From: Prevotella sp.
GTDB taxonomy: Bacteria > Bacteroidota > Bacteroidia > Bacteroidales > Dysgonomonadaceae
Direction: 5' to 3'
Length of the DNA: 64,000 bases
NCBI GenBank assembly: GCA_031285625.1
Contig: JAITVV010000035.1
Coordinates: forward strand, 1 to 64,000
The notes under the pieces are model-generated. The model ran no database searches and was not told where the DNA came from. It saw nothing but the letters and a program-made list of their open reading frames with translations. How positions within the stretch are numbered: position 1 is the first letter of the stretch; each line of letters opens with the position of its first letter. Shown here in pieces: positions 17,925 to 27,969 of this stretch. The translations under genes and the position numbers were made by a program.

Positions 17925-20657
17925 ATGATGAATATTATGATGAGGTTCCTAAAGATTTTATTTACTGTATTTATTATTCTACAAGCTATTTCGCTAAAAA
18001 GCCAGACACAGGAAGTAGATCTTTCAGGAGAATGGCGTTTCCAGACCGATGTAATGGATTTTCGTCGTGGGTCATTATCTCCAAGATATAACCATAAATT
18101 GCAGGAAACGATTACTTTACCGGCTATTACAGATGATTATAAAATAGGTTATAAATCTCCTTACCGACATATAGACCGCCTCACCCGTGTATATGAATAT
18201 ATGGGACCTGCATGGTATCAGCGCGATATAGAGATACCAAAAGAGTGGAAAGGAAAACGTATCTTTATGTATTTCGAACGTACACACTGGTTGAGTTCCA
18301 TCTATGTAGATACAAAAGAAGTAAGCAAGATTGATTATATCAGTGTGCCTCATAATCACGATCTCACAGATTTTGTTACTCCGGGAAAAACCCACCGTAT
18401 AACTGTTTGTATCGACAACCGCTATCAGCATAATACACACAAGTGGAATCATGCTCATACCGAGTTTACCCAAATCAACTGGAATGGTATTCTGGGCGAA
18501 ATGAAGCTTGTTGCCATTGATCCTGTATATATCGAAGATTTGCAGGTATATCCCAATATTGCAGATAATTCGATAAAGGTAAAAATGCAGATAAATAATT
18601 ATAGCAAGAAAAATGTGGATGGAAAGGCTGCATTTACTATTTCTGGAGATAATTATACATTAAATAAAAATGTAGCTGTAAACGGAAAGGATTCTGTTAT
18701 CTATTTCGAAGATATTATTCAGTTAGGAAAGAATGCAAAGCTGTGGGATGAATTTAATCCGAATATCTATAATATAACTTGCCAACTGAATTCGAATATG
18801 GATAAGGCAAAATATCAACATGAAAAATCAGCTACTTTCGGTATACGTGAAGTCAGGCAAGGTAAGAACCATGTATTGCTTAATGACCGTCCAATCCATC
18901 TGAGAGGAACAGTGGAGAATGCAGTATTTCCCAAAACGGGCTATGCTCCTGTGGAAGATGCAGAGTGGGATAGGATACTGCAAATTATGAAAGATTACGG
19001 GATGAACCATATGCGGTTCCATTCATGGTGTCCTCCTAAAGCTGCTTTCCGTATGGCTGACAAACATGGTATTTATCTGGAGGTGGAAATGCCGATGTGG
19101 GGCAAAGATGCTGAACCGGACGAAGCCCGTTATAATTTCTTCCGCCGCGAGATGAGAGCTATCCTAAAGGAATACGGGAATCATCCATCTTTTGTATTAT
19201 ACTGCAACGGAAACGAAATTACTGGTAATTTTGATTTTATTGAAGAGCTTACGGCTGATGGAAGAGCATTAGATAATCGTCATTTATTTAGCGGTTCAAC
19301 TGCAAGAACCCGTGTAAAATCGGATCAATATTATGTATCACAGCAAACCAACAAGGGACCTGTAAAAGTATATGAAGGTTTACCAGATACAGACTGGGAT
19401 AGGAATAAAGAATCGGATGTAGATGTACCTGTTATTTCACACGAATCGGGACAACGTTGCATATATCCTAATTTTGAAGAAATAAAGAAATATGCAAACA
19501 GCCCGGTACAGGCACGTAATTTTGAAGTTTTCAGGGAAATGCTCAGTGAAAATGGAATGCTTGATCAGGCAAATGATTTCTTTAAAGCTTCAGGTGCTCT
19601 CACTGTTATTGAATATAAGGCCGTTATAGAGGCATTACTCAGGTCATCTAAATCGGCTGGATTCCAGTTATTATCTATCAATGATTTTCCCGGACAAGGA
19701 TATGCTCCTGTCGGAATATTAGACCCGTTTTGGGATTCGAAAGGGCTGGTAACTGCCGATAAATTCAGGGAATCTTGTGCACCTACAGTTGCTTTATTGC
19801 GTTATAATAAAAGTTCTTTCTTCAATGATGAAGTCTTTACAGGAAAAGCGGAAGTGTATAACTTTAGTAATTCTGCAATTAAAAATGCAAAGATAAACTG
19901 GTCATTGACTGATGCTTCCGGTAAAACATTGAAAAAAGGAAATCTGAAAAATCAAACAATTGGCAATGGTGATGTTTTCCCGGTAGGAGAATTTTCTTTT
20001 ACGCTGAAGGATATCTCATCACCTCAAAAAGTAACAGTTCATTTATCAGTAAATGATAATATTAAGAACAGTTGGGATATATGGGTATATCCTCGTAATG
20101 AATCGCTAATGCAATCTACAGATGACGTGCTCTACACAACTGTGTATGATGATAAGGCTAAACAACAACTAAAAGAAGGGAAAAAGGTCGTACTTACCCC
20201 ATTACCCAATAAAGTGAAAGGGCGCAAATCTGTTTTTCACAATCATTTCTGGAATCCTATTATGTTTGCTTGGCCACCGATGACTATCGGTTGTCTGATA
20301 CATAATGATCAGGCGATGTTCAATAATTTCGTGACTTCTTACCATACCGATTGGCAATGGTGGGATATTCTCAACAATGCGAAAGTAATAGAAATGAAAG
20401 ATGCACCTAATGAGTTAAGGCCATTTATTCAGGTGATCGATAGTTATGATAACAATCAAAAACTGGGCATCGGCTTTGAAGCGAAAGTCGGTAATGGTAA
20501 GTTATTGGTGTTAGCTGTGGATATAAAAAAAGAAATGGATGAACGCCCGGCAACCCGGCAGTTACTGGTTAGTATAGATGACTATGTGAAGAGTGCTGAA
20601 TTCAGTCCAAAGGTCGCTGTTGAAGAGTCATTTATTCAATCATTCTTAATGAAATAA
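17925..20657 (+). CDS. Glycoside hydrolase family 2 protein (specificity unclear)
   Basis: DLSGEWRF, GPAWYQR, WNGILG, LWDEFNP, RFHSWCPP, NGNE, SHESGQ; start may be a later Met (17937/17940). Confidence 0.88.
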   Translation: MMNIMMRFLKILFTVFIILQAISLKSQTQEVDLSGEWRFQTDVMDFRRGSLSPRYNHKLQETITLPAITDDYKIGYKSPYRHIDRLTRVYEYMGPAWYQRDIEIPKEWKGKRIFMYFERTHWLSSIYVDTKEVSKIDYISVPHNHDLTDFVTPGKTHRITVCIDNRYQHNTHKWNHAHTEFTQINWNGILGEMKLVAIDPVYIEDLQVYPNIADNSIKVKMQINNYSKKNVDGKAAFTISGDNYTLNKNVAVNGKDSVIYFEDIIQLGKNAKLWDEFNPNIYNITCQLNSNMDKAKYQHEKSATFGIREVRQGKNHVLLNDRPIHLRGTVENAVFPKTGYAPVEDAEWDRILQIMKDYGMNHMRFHSWCPPKAAFRMADKHGIYLEVEMPMWGKDAEPDEARYNFFRREMRAILKEYGNHPSFVLYCNGNEITGNFDFIEELTADGRALDNRHLFSGSTARTRVKSDQYYVSQQTNKGPVKVYEGLPDTDWDRNKESDVDVPVISHESGQRCIYPNFEEIKKYANSPVQARNFEVFREMLSENGMLDQANDFFKASGALTVIEYKAVIEALLRSSKSAGFQLLSINDFPGQGYAPVGILDPFWDSKGLVTADKFRESCAPTVALLRYNKSSFFNDEVFTGKAEVYNFSNSAIKNAKINWSLTDASGKTLKKGNLKNQTIGNGDVFPVGEFSFTLKDISSPQKVTVHLSVNDNIKNSWDIWVYPRNESLMQSTDDVLYTTVYDDKAKQQLKEGKKVVLTPLPNKVKGRKSVFHNHFWNPIMFAWPPMTIGCLIHNDQAMFNNFVTSYHTDWQWWDILNNAKVIEMKDAPNELRPFIQVIDSYDNNQKLGIGFEAKVGNGKLLVLAVDIKKEMDERPATRQLLVSIDDYVKSAEFSPKVAVEESFIQSFLMK

Positions 20658-20745
20658 TTTATCTATATAGTAACTATAGGCTTTTTGAAAGGTGACATCT
20701 GAAAATCGCGAAAAGTTATAACTTTTGTCACCTTTGTTACTTTTT
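20658..20745. repeat. Copy A of a degenerate ~90-bp interspersed element (TTTATCTATATAGTA ... AAAGGTGAC ... ACTTTTGTCAC)
   Basis: Shares exact 15-mer and 11-mer blocks, in order, with 39378-39468; internal IR AAAGGTGACA 20688-20697 / TGTCACCTTT 20726-20735. Confidence 0.65.
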
Positions 20746-20759
20746 AACAAATTTAGGAT

Positions 20760-21530
20760 ATGAAAAAAATATATCTTCTTGTTAGCTCACTTCTCTGTTT
20801 TTCGCTCATTGCTGTGGGACAGGAGATAAATATGCAGGAAATAGCGCCGCTCGAACAAATATATGGTGATGTGCAGGAGTCTGAAAACCTGCTTCCTATG
20901 AATGATCTGGGTATCGAATTCGGTTATGTACTTTACGAAGCTGAAATCGTGACTGAATCGGACGATGTAGTATTGGAAGTAGAGAATGTCCGGGATTATG
21001 CAGCTATATATATTGATGACAATCTGCAGGGTACAATGACTGATAACAGGAAAAAAGTGACATTAAATGTTAGTCTGGGAACACACAAATTGCGACTCTA
21101 TGTAGAGAACATCGGACGTATCACTTATGGTCCTGAAATATTGGATAATTCGAAAGGCTTGTTTGGCAGTATTTCATTGGATGGAGAAGAAATCGAAGGC
21201 TGGAAGATAATTCCTCTGAATGTAAAAGATTGTGATATTAACAGTTTGTCTTTTACAAAGGGAAAAACAAGCGATATCCCATGTTTTCATAAAGGATATT
21301 TTGATATAGGTACTCCCGAAAGTACTTACCTCGATATATCCGGATGGGGAATGGGTGAAGTCTGGATAAACGGGCAATATATGGGTTCATACTGGGAGGA
21401 AGAAAAACAACAATCGATACAGATACCTGCCGAAAATCTTTTAACTGGAAATAATGAAATTGTGGTCTTTGAATTAAAGAATAATCAGCAAAAATCAATG
21501 AGATTATCTGATAAACCTTTGTTTAAATAA
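20760..21530 (+). CDS. Stand-alone GH35-type beta-galactosidase accessory beta-sandwich domains (no catalytic barrel)
   Basis: Signal peptide; G...GYVLY, VRDYA.IYID, LYVENIGRI.YG, TYLD.SGWG.G.VWING...G.YW as in GH35 C-terminal domains; only 256 aa. Confidence 0.8.
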   Translation: MKKIYLLVSSLLCFSLIAVGQEINMQEIAPLEQIYGDVQESENLLPMNDLGIEFGYVLYEAEIVTESDDVVLEVENVRDYAAIYIDDNLQGTMTDNRKKVTLNVSLGTHKLRLYVENIGRITYGPEILDNSKGLFGSISLDGEEIEGWKIIPLNVKDCDINSLSFTKGKTSDIPCFHKGYFDIGTPESTYLDISGWGMGEVWINGQYMGSYWEEEKQQSIQIPAENLLTGNNEIVVFELKNNQQKSMRLSDKPLFK

Positions 21531-21623
21531 AGGATAAAGAATACTTTTATTAAAATTATAACCATATACTCTGTCACAGACTACATTCCCTTCTGTTTTG
21601 ATAAGAGTAATAAAAGATACAGA

Positions 21624-23831
21624 ATGAAAAATAAAAGAATTATTTGTGGATTACTGCTCTTGAGCACGATATCATGCAGTTTGATAGCACAGGGTAAAAA
21701 AGAGTATCCATATAAAGATGCGACGAAACCGGTAGAAGAGAGAGTAAATGATCTGGTTTCCCGGATGACATTAGAAGAAAAAGTGCTTCAACTTAACCAG
21801 TACACACTGGGAAGAAACGATAATGTAAATAATGTAGGGGAAGCAGTAAAGAATATACCTGCCGAATTAGGTTCGGTTATCTATTTCAATAGTGATCCTG
21901 AATACAGGAATGCACTGCAGCGCAAAGCAATGGAAGAATCCCGGCTGGGTATTCCGCTTATCTTCGGATATGATGTTATACATGGCTACCGTACTACCTA
22001 TCCGATTTCATTGGCACAGGCTTGTTCATGGAATCCTCAATTGGTAAAACGGGCATGTGGTGTAGCAGCTCAGGAAGCCAGAATGTCCGGTGTTGACTGG
22101 ACTTTCTCTCCGATGATTGATGTAGCACGTGATGGACGTTGGGGACGTGTATCGGAAGGATATGGCGAAGATCCATATACAAACGCACTTTTCGGATATG
22201 TATCTGTACAGGGATATCAGGGTAATGATATGTCGAACAGTAAGAATGTAGCTGCATGTCTTAAACATTATGTGGGTTATGGAGCTTCGGAGGGAGGACG
22301 GGATTATGTATTTACTGAAATCTCGCGGCAGACACTCTGGGATACATATATGTTACCATACGAGGCTGGAGTAAAGGGAGGCGCTGCAACACTGATGAGT
22401 TCGTTTAATGATATTAGTGGCATACCCGGAACAGCCAATCATTACATATTGACAGATATATTAAAAGATCGTTGGGGACACGATGGATTTGTTGTCTCTG
22501 ATTGGGGTGCTATAGAGCAACTCAGACCTCAGGGTGTAGCCGCCGATAAAAAAGAGGCTGCACTAATAGCATTTAATGCCGGTGTGGAAATGGATATGAT
22601 GAATAACAGTTACAATAATCATTTAGCTGAACTTGTAAATGAAGGGAAGGTATCTGAGGAAAGGCTGAACGATGCTGTAAAACGTGTGTTACGTGTAAAA
22701 TTCAGATTAGGCCTGTTTGATAATCCATATACTCCGGTATCTACCGAGAAAGAGCGTTTCTTACTACCTGAAAGTTTGGAGATTGCTGAAAAGCTGGCTG
22801 AAGAATCGATGGTATTACTTAAAAATGATAATAAAACATTGCCATTATCCAATCTGTCAAAGATTGCAGTTATTGGCCCGATGGCTAAAGATAAAGAGCA
22901 TTTGCTTGGCTCATGGGCTGCTCATGGAAATGCAAAAGATGTAATCAGTATTTATGAGGGATTAGAATCTGAATTTAAAGGAAAATCCGAACTATTATAT
23001 GTCAAAGGTTGTGATTTCGAAGGGAATGATACATCCGGTTTTGCAGAAGCATTAGCTACAGCGCAAAGGGCTGATGTGATTCTTGTTTGTTTGGGTGAAA
23101 AAAAAGGTTGGAGCGGTGAAAACGCATCGCGGTCTACCCTGGCGTTACCACAAGTTCAGGAACAACTGGTTCAGGAATTGAAGAAATCCGGTAAACCTGT
23201 AGTTATCCTTCTATCCAGTGGCCGCCCATTAGAGCTAAATCGTTTGGAACCTCTTGCTGATGCAATGCTTGAGGTATGGCAACCGGGTATCAGGGGCGGT
23301 AACCCGATAGCAGGAATACTCTCCGGAAAAATCAACCCCTCAGGAAAATTGTCTATAACATTCCCATATTCAACAGGGCAAATACCTATATATTACAATC
23401 AGAGACAGAGTGCACGTCCTCACCAAGGTAAATATCAGGATATTCCCAACACACCATTATATGAGTTTGCTCATGGACTGAGTTATACAACATTTGAGTA
23501 TGGAGATTTAAAAGCATCCTCATTGAAGGTTAAGCGTAGTGACAAATTGGTGATAGAGATTCCTGTAACAAACACAGGTGATATGGATGGTGCTGAAACT
23601 GTGCATTGGTTCATATCCGACCCTGTTTGTTCTATATCCCGTCCGGTGAAAGAACTCAAATACTTTAAAAAAGAAATGTTGAAAAAAGGAGAGACTAAGG
23701 TATTCCGGTTCGATATACATTTCGATAGAGATTTTGGCTTTGTGAATGGCGATGGAGAACGTTTTTTAGAGTCGGGTGATTATTATATAATTGTAAAAGA
23801 TAAGAAGTTGAAAATAGAATTGATAGATTAA
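21624..23831 (+). CDS. GH3 beta-glucosidase (BglX-like)
   Basis: MTLEEK, DVIHG, DVARDGRWGR, KHYVG, VSDWG nucleophile, SGE acid/base, C-terminal Fn3-like domain. Confidence 0.93.
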   Translation: MKNKRIICGLLLLSTISCSLIAQGKKEYPYKDATKPVEERVNDLVSRMTLEEKVLQLNQYTLGRNDNVNNVGEAVKNIPAELGSVIYFNSDPEYRNALQRKAMEESRLGIPLIFGYDVIHGYRTTYPISLAQACSWNPQLVKRACGVAAQEARMSGVDWTFSPMIDVARDGRWGRVSEGYGEDPYTNALFGYVSVQGYQGNDMSNSKNVAACLKHYVGYGASEGGRDYVFTEISRQTLWDTYMLPYEAGVKGGAATLMSSFNDISGIPGTANHYILTDILKDRWGHDGFVVSDWGAIEQLRPQGVAADKKEAALIAFNAGVEMDMMNNSYNNHLAELVNEGKVSEERLNDAVKRVLRVKFRLGLFDNPYTPVSTEKERFLLPESLEIAEKLAEESMVLLKNDNKTLPLSNLSKIAVIGPMAKDKEHLLGSWAAHGNAKDVISIYEGLESEFKGKSELLYVKGCDFEGNDTSGFAEALATAQRADVILVCLGEKKGWSGENASRSTLALPQVQEQLVQELKKSGKPVVILLSSGRPLELNRLEPLADAMLEVWQPGIRGGNPIAGILSGKINPSGKLSITFPYSTGQIPIYYNQRQSARPHQGKYQDIPNTPLYEFAHGLSYTTFEYGDLKASSLKVKRSDKLVIEIPVTNTGDMDGAETVHWFISDPVCSISRPVKELKYFKKEMLKKGETKVFRFDIHFDRDFGFVNGDGERFLESGDYYIIVKDKKLKIELID

Positions 23832-23857
23832 GGCTTCAAGGAAAGTAATTATCGCGA

Positions 23858-26800
23858 ATGGGAAAGAAACTATTCTTATTATTTGTATTTTATCTGTTTA
23901 TACATATTAATTCCTCGGCAATAGATATCTCGAAATATCGATTTCATTCTATGCCGGAGACTTCTTACTACGGAGGTATACAAAGTATAGTGAAGGATAG
24001 TGTCGGACGTATTTGGTATAGTGGTACTGATGCCTTTTTTATGTACAATGGGAGTTCGTTTTACCAGCTCAACGATCTTCTGTCTACTAAGTATCCTAAA
24101 TCTCACTGGGCTTATGGTGAGTTTATTACAGATAAGGAAAAGAGATTGTATTTTAGTACAAATCAAGGCTTATTACGCTTTAACTATGAAAAGTTTGATT
24201 TTGATTTTATCTTAAAAGGTAAAGTCAGGTCGGTTACCCTGAATGATGACGGTACTATTTGGTTAATAAAAGATGATAGTATAAAATCTTTTTCACCGGA
24301 AACGTATGATATAGGCTCATATTCATCACCGCTTTCCACTTCTTTTACTAAAGTTGTTTCTGCCAATGGTACTGTTTATTGTGCAGATGAGGGTCGTATA
24401 TATCGTGCAAATAAGGATAAGAAAGACTTTTCTTTATTTGTTGACTTGGGAGGAGGAAACAATAGTATGAGGGATATTCTGGAATTTGATGGTTTGATCT
24501 ATGTCCTTACTCATATGAACGGGTTATTTGTTCTGGATAAGAGCGGGAATATAAAAGAACATCATAATATTCCGTTTAAATCGGATAAATCTATAATCTC
24601 TAAAAAATTATACCTTGACTCTTCAAATATAATATGGATTGCATCCCTGTCGGGGCTTCATTTATTTGATCCGGTAACAAAGGATACTGAGCTACTCCAA
24701 TCCAATCTTAACGATGCTTATTCTTTACCTAATAATTCAATATGGACTATCTACCCTGATCCGGATGGAGGGGTGTGGATAGGCACATATGGCGGTAAGT
24801 TTGCTTATACTACTTTTTTCGATAATAATGTACGGTATATTGAAGCTACTCCGGGCGGACTTAATCATTCAATTGTAAGTAGCTTTGAGGAGGATAAGGA
24901 CGGAAATATCTGGATTGGGACTGAAGGTGGCGGACTTAATTACTGGAATAGAAAAGATGATACTTTTAAGCATTACCGACATTCCGAAGGAAATAGTATA
25001 AACTCTAATTCAATCAAGACACTACGTTTTGATAAGGCAAAGGATATACTATACATTGCAGCGTTTAATGGAGGCCTTACTCAGTACAATGCAAATACAA
25101 AGCAATTTACCGATCTCAGGATGTACTATCCTGACAGGAATCAGCAACTGAATGTATATGATTTTGCATTCGATAATGATGCAGGTATCTGGGTTACAGA
25201 TCCCGATAATCTATTGTTTTATAAAGATAAAAAGAATAATGAAATAAAGATATTCTCCATATACGATTCGAATGGGCAAAAAGTGAATATACAGGTGGAG
25301 TCCTTATATTACGAAGAGGATAACTTACATCTGATCACCCATCAGGGATTATTTGTCGTTGATACAAAAACGCAGAAAATTATCAATCATTTTTATCTTC
25401 AAAACGAGCCATATGCTGTAAATAACCTTTGCTGTTATTGTATTACATCAGGCTCTGATATATGGTTAGGTACTCTTGGAGGAGGTGTAAATCTATTAAA
25501 AAAGGATGGTTCGTACAGAAATTTTAATGAGAAAGATGGTTTTCCGGCTAAGATGGTCTTTGGCATTCTCGAAGATGCCGAATCAAAAGATATCTGGCTT
25601 AGTACCGATGATGGATTATATTATTATAATTTTAAGAATGAGGAGTTTAGTAAAGCGGGAATTTATAGAGCCAATCAATGTGGCGCGTTTTATGTACGGT
25701 CATATTATAAAACATCCAAGCAGGAAATGCTGTTTGGGGGTACTAATGGTTTCATAATATTTACTCCCGGCAAAATAAAGTATAATCCTCAGAAACCAAA
25801 AACATTCTTTACTGACTTCTTCATCAATAATAACAGGATAACATATCATACGGATGATTCCCCTGTAAGGAAAGATATCTCCGCCATGTCGTACAGGGGG
25901 AATAAAGAAGATAAAATCGTTCTGTCACATAGACAGTCAAATATTGAAATAAGATTCTCATCAAATAGCTATTTGCTTGCCGATAAAAATAAATATGCGT
26001 ACCGTATGTCCGGATTGTCAGAAACCTGGCAAGTCGTAAATCCTGGACAGAAATCGGTTCAGTTCTTCAATCTACCACCCGGGGATTATATTTTCGAAGT
26101 CAAAGCTGCAAACAATGACGGACTGTGGGGAGACGAGGCTTCAAGCTTATACCTGCATGTTAAGCCTTCTCCATTCCTTTCCATATGGGCATATATTATT
26201 TATATAATGCTGTTGTTGGCACTGATATATCTGGTATGGAGGTATTTTACCAATAAGAAAATCTTTAAGCATAGGCTGGAGATGGAGCAGGCTAAAGATC
26301 GTAATATGCGTGAACTGACTCAGGCCCGGATAAACTTCTTTACCAATATATCGCACGACTTAAAAACACCTTTAACACTGGTCTTAGATCCTCTGAAACA
26401 ACTAAAGGAGCTGTTTTCTGACGATCAGTCGTCTAAAAACTACGTGAGCCTGATAGAAAATAATGTAATGCGCATACAGCGTATGATTAGTCAGCTATTG
26501 CAGTTCAGAGAGATAGAAAGCCAGAAAATAACATTGAATTTGCAATCGGGAGACCTCGTTAAATATATTAAGAATGTTTTTTCCTTATTCGAATTATATG
26601 CCAATAAGAAAGAAATAGAAACAAGCATGTCTTCACATGTGGATAGTCTCTATGCTACCTTTGATTATGATATAATAGAGAAAATATTTACCAACCTCTT
26701 CTCTAATGCTGTAAAGTATACACCGGATAAAGGATATATCGGTATCCGGATGTACGGAGCTACACAGGATGAAATATTGGATCTGAAAAATACAGAGAAT

Positions 26801-27922
26801 CAGAAGGCCGGGGTAGAATATATATCTGTTGAGGTAACTAATACCGGAGCAGGTATAGCAGATGATAAAAAAGATCAGCTATTTAAATCTTTCAACAGGC
26901 TGTCTTTACAAAAACCGGATTTTGAAGAAAGTACGGGTTTGGGTTTAGCTATTGTCAAAGAACTGGTCAGTACCCTTTCTGGGAAAATTATAATGAAATC
27001 AGAGTCGGATAAAGTTTCTTTTACGGTTGTACTTCCTTTTGTGCTTGAGACAAATGTGATTGAAGATGAGTCGATCTCCTACGATTACACACTATCCGAA
27101 ATCGATAACATATTAGATGAATCGGAAGAAGTAAATGTGGATAATAAACAGAATAGGAAAGCAAACAGTGTTATTGTAATTGAAGACGATCTTAATCTGA
27201 GGTTGTATATGGAACAACGATTATCTGAATATTATAATGTATATACAGCCGTTGACGGTGCTGAAGGAATAATCAAAACGGAGAAGATCTATCCTCAGGT
27301 AGTTATTACAGACCTGATGATGCCTAAGTTTAATGGATTTGATGTTTGCCGGAAATTGAGATCAAATTTTAAGACAAGCCATATTCCCATAATCGTTATA
27401 TCTGCATTGGGAGACAATACCCAAAATAAGATAAAAGCCTTGGAAGCCGGGGCCAGTGTTTTTATTGATAAACCTTTCGATATGGATTATTTACTGCAAC
27501 AGGTAAATAATATAATGAAAAGCCAGAATGAACTGAAGGAATTATATAGTAAGAAATATATTGTAGAACCTTCCAGGATAACTATTTCTTCGATGGATGA
27601 AGAGTTACTCAAGAGAGCTATGGATTATATTGAGCTGAATATAAGTAATCCTGATTACGATGTGGAATCTTTTGTTTCTGATATGAACATTGGACGGACG
27701 TTGCTATATCAAAAAATAAATGATATAGTGGGTATGTCTATAAAAGAGTTTATTCTCAATATTCGCCTCAAACGAAGTGCCCATTTACTAAAAGAATCGG
27801 ATCTTACTATATCTGAAATAGCTTATCAGACAGGCTTCAATAACGCTAAATATTTCAGCATCTGCTTCAAAAAGCAGTTTGAAGTTACCCCTACCGAATT
27901 TAAGAAGAGAGCAACAGAATAG
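23858..27922 (+). CDS. Hybrid two-component system sensor-regulator (propeller/Y_Y_Y, HisKA, HATPase, REC, AraC HTH)
   Basis: IWIGTxGG repeats, TM helix, NISHDLKTPL, NLFSNAVKYT, TGLGL, TDLMMP, ISEIAYQTGF....YFS..FKK.F..TP.EF. Confidence 0.96.
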   Translation: MGKKLFLLFVFYLFIHINSSAIDISKYRFHSMPETSYYGGIQSIVKDSVGRIWYSGTDAFFMYNGSSFYQLNDLLSTKYPKSHWAYGEFITDKEKRLYFSTNQGLLRFNYEKFDFDFILKGKVRSVTLNDDGTIWLIKDDSIKSFSPETYDIGSYSSPLSTSFTKVVSANGTVYCADEGRIYRANKDKKDFSLFVDLGGGNNSMRDILEFDGLIYVLTHMNGLFVLDKSGNIKEHHNIPFKSDKSIISKKLYLDSSNIIWIASLSGLHLFDPVTKDTELLQSNLNDAYSLPNNSIWTIYPDPDGGVWIGTYGGKFAYTTFFDNNVRYIEATPGGLNHSIVSSFEEDKDGNIWIGTEGGGLNYWNRKDDTFKHYRHSEGNSINSNSIKTLRFDKAKDILYIAAFNGGLTQYNANTKQFTDLRMYYPDRNQQLNVYDFAFDNDAGIWVTDPDNLLFYKDKKNNEIKIFSIYDSNGQKVNIQVESLYYEEDNLHLITHQGLFVVDTKTQKIINHFYLQNEPYAVNNLCCYCITSGSDIWLGTLGGGVNLLKKDGSYRNFNEKDGFPAKMVFGILEDAESKDIWLSTDDGLYYYNFKNEEFSKAGIYRANQCGAFYVRSYYKTSKQEMLFGGTNGFIIFTPGKIKYNPQKPKTFFTDFFINNNRITYHTDDSPVRKDISAMSYRGNKEDKIVLSHRQSNIEIRFSSNSYLLADKNKYAYRMSGLSETWQVVNPGQKSVQFFNLPPGDYIFEVKAANNDGLWGDEASSLYLHVKPSPFLSIWAYIIYIMLLLALIYLVWRYFTNKKIFKHRLEMEQAKDRNMRELTQARINFFTNISHDLKTPLTLVLDPLKQLKELFSDDQSSKNYVSLIENNVMRIQRMISQLLQFREIESQKITLNLQSGDLVKYIKNVFSLFELYANKKEIETSMSSHVDSLYATFDYDIIEKIFTNLFSNAVKYTPDKGYIGIRMYGATQDEILDLKNTENQKAGVEYISVEVTNTGAGIADDKKDQLFKSFNRLSLQKPDFEESTGLGLAIVKELVSTLSGKIIMKSESDKVSFTVVLPFVLETNVIEDESISYDYTLSEIDNILDESEEVNVDNKQNRKANSVIVIEDDLNLRLYMEQRLSEYYNVYTAVDGAEGIIKTEKIYPQVVITDLMMPKFNGFDVCRKLRSNFKTSHIPIIVISALGDNTQNKIKALEAGASVFIDKPFDMDYLLQQVNNIMKSQNELKELYSKKYIVEPSRITISSMDEELLKRAMDYIELNISNPDYDVESFVSDMNIGRTLLYQKINDIVGMSIKEFILNIRLKRSAHLLKESDLTISEIAYQTGFNNAKYFSICFKKQFEVTPTEFKKRATE

Positions 27923-27969
27923 GGCGAGATTGGATTCGTAGCTCATTAGGCTTTTAATTAATAAATAAT

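Noticed and set aside
20760-21530. GH35 pseudogene call
   Set aside because: Intact signal peptide, no frameshift and no barrel remnant upstream; kept as a CDS.
26830-26860. HTCS G1 box reads NTGAGI instead of DxGxG
   Set aside because: H, N and G2 boxes and the receiver Asp are intact, and to my knowledge this variant is not rare in Bacteroidota HTCS; not enough to call a pseudokinase.
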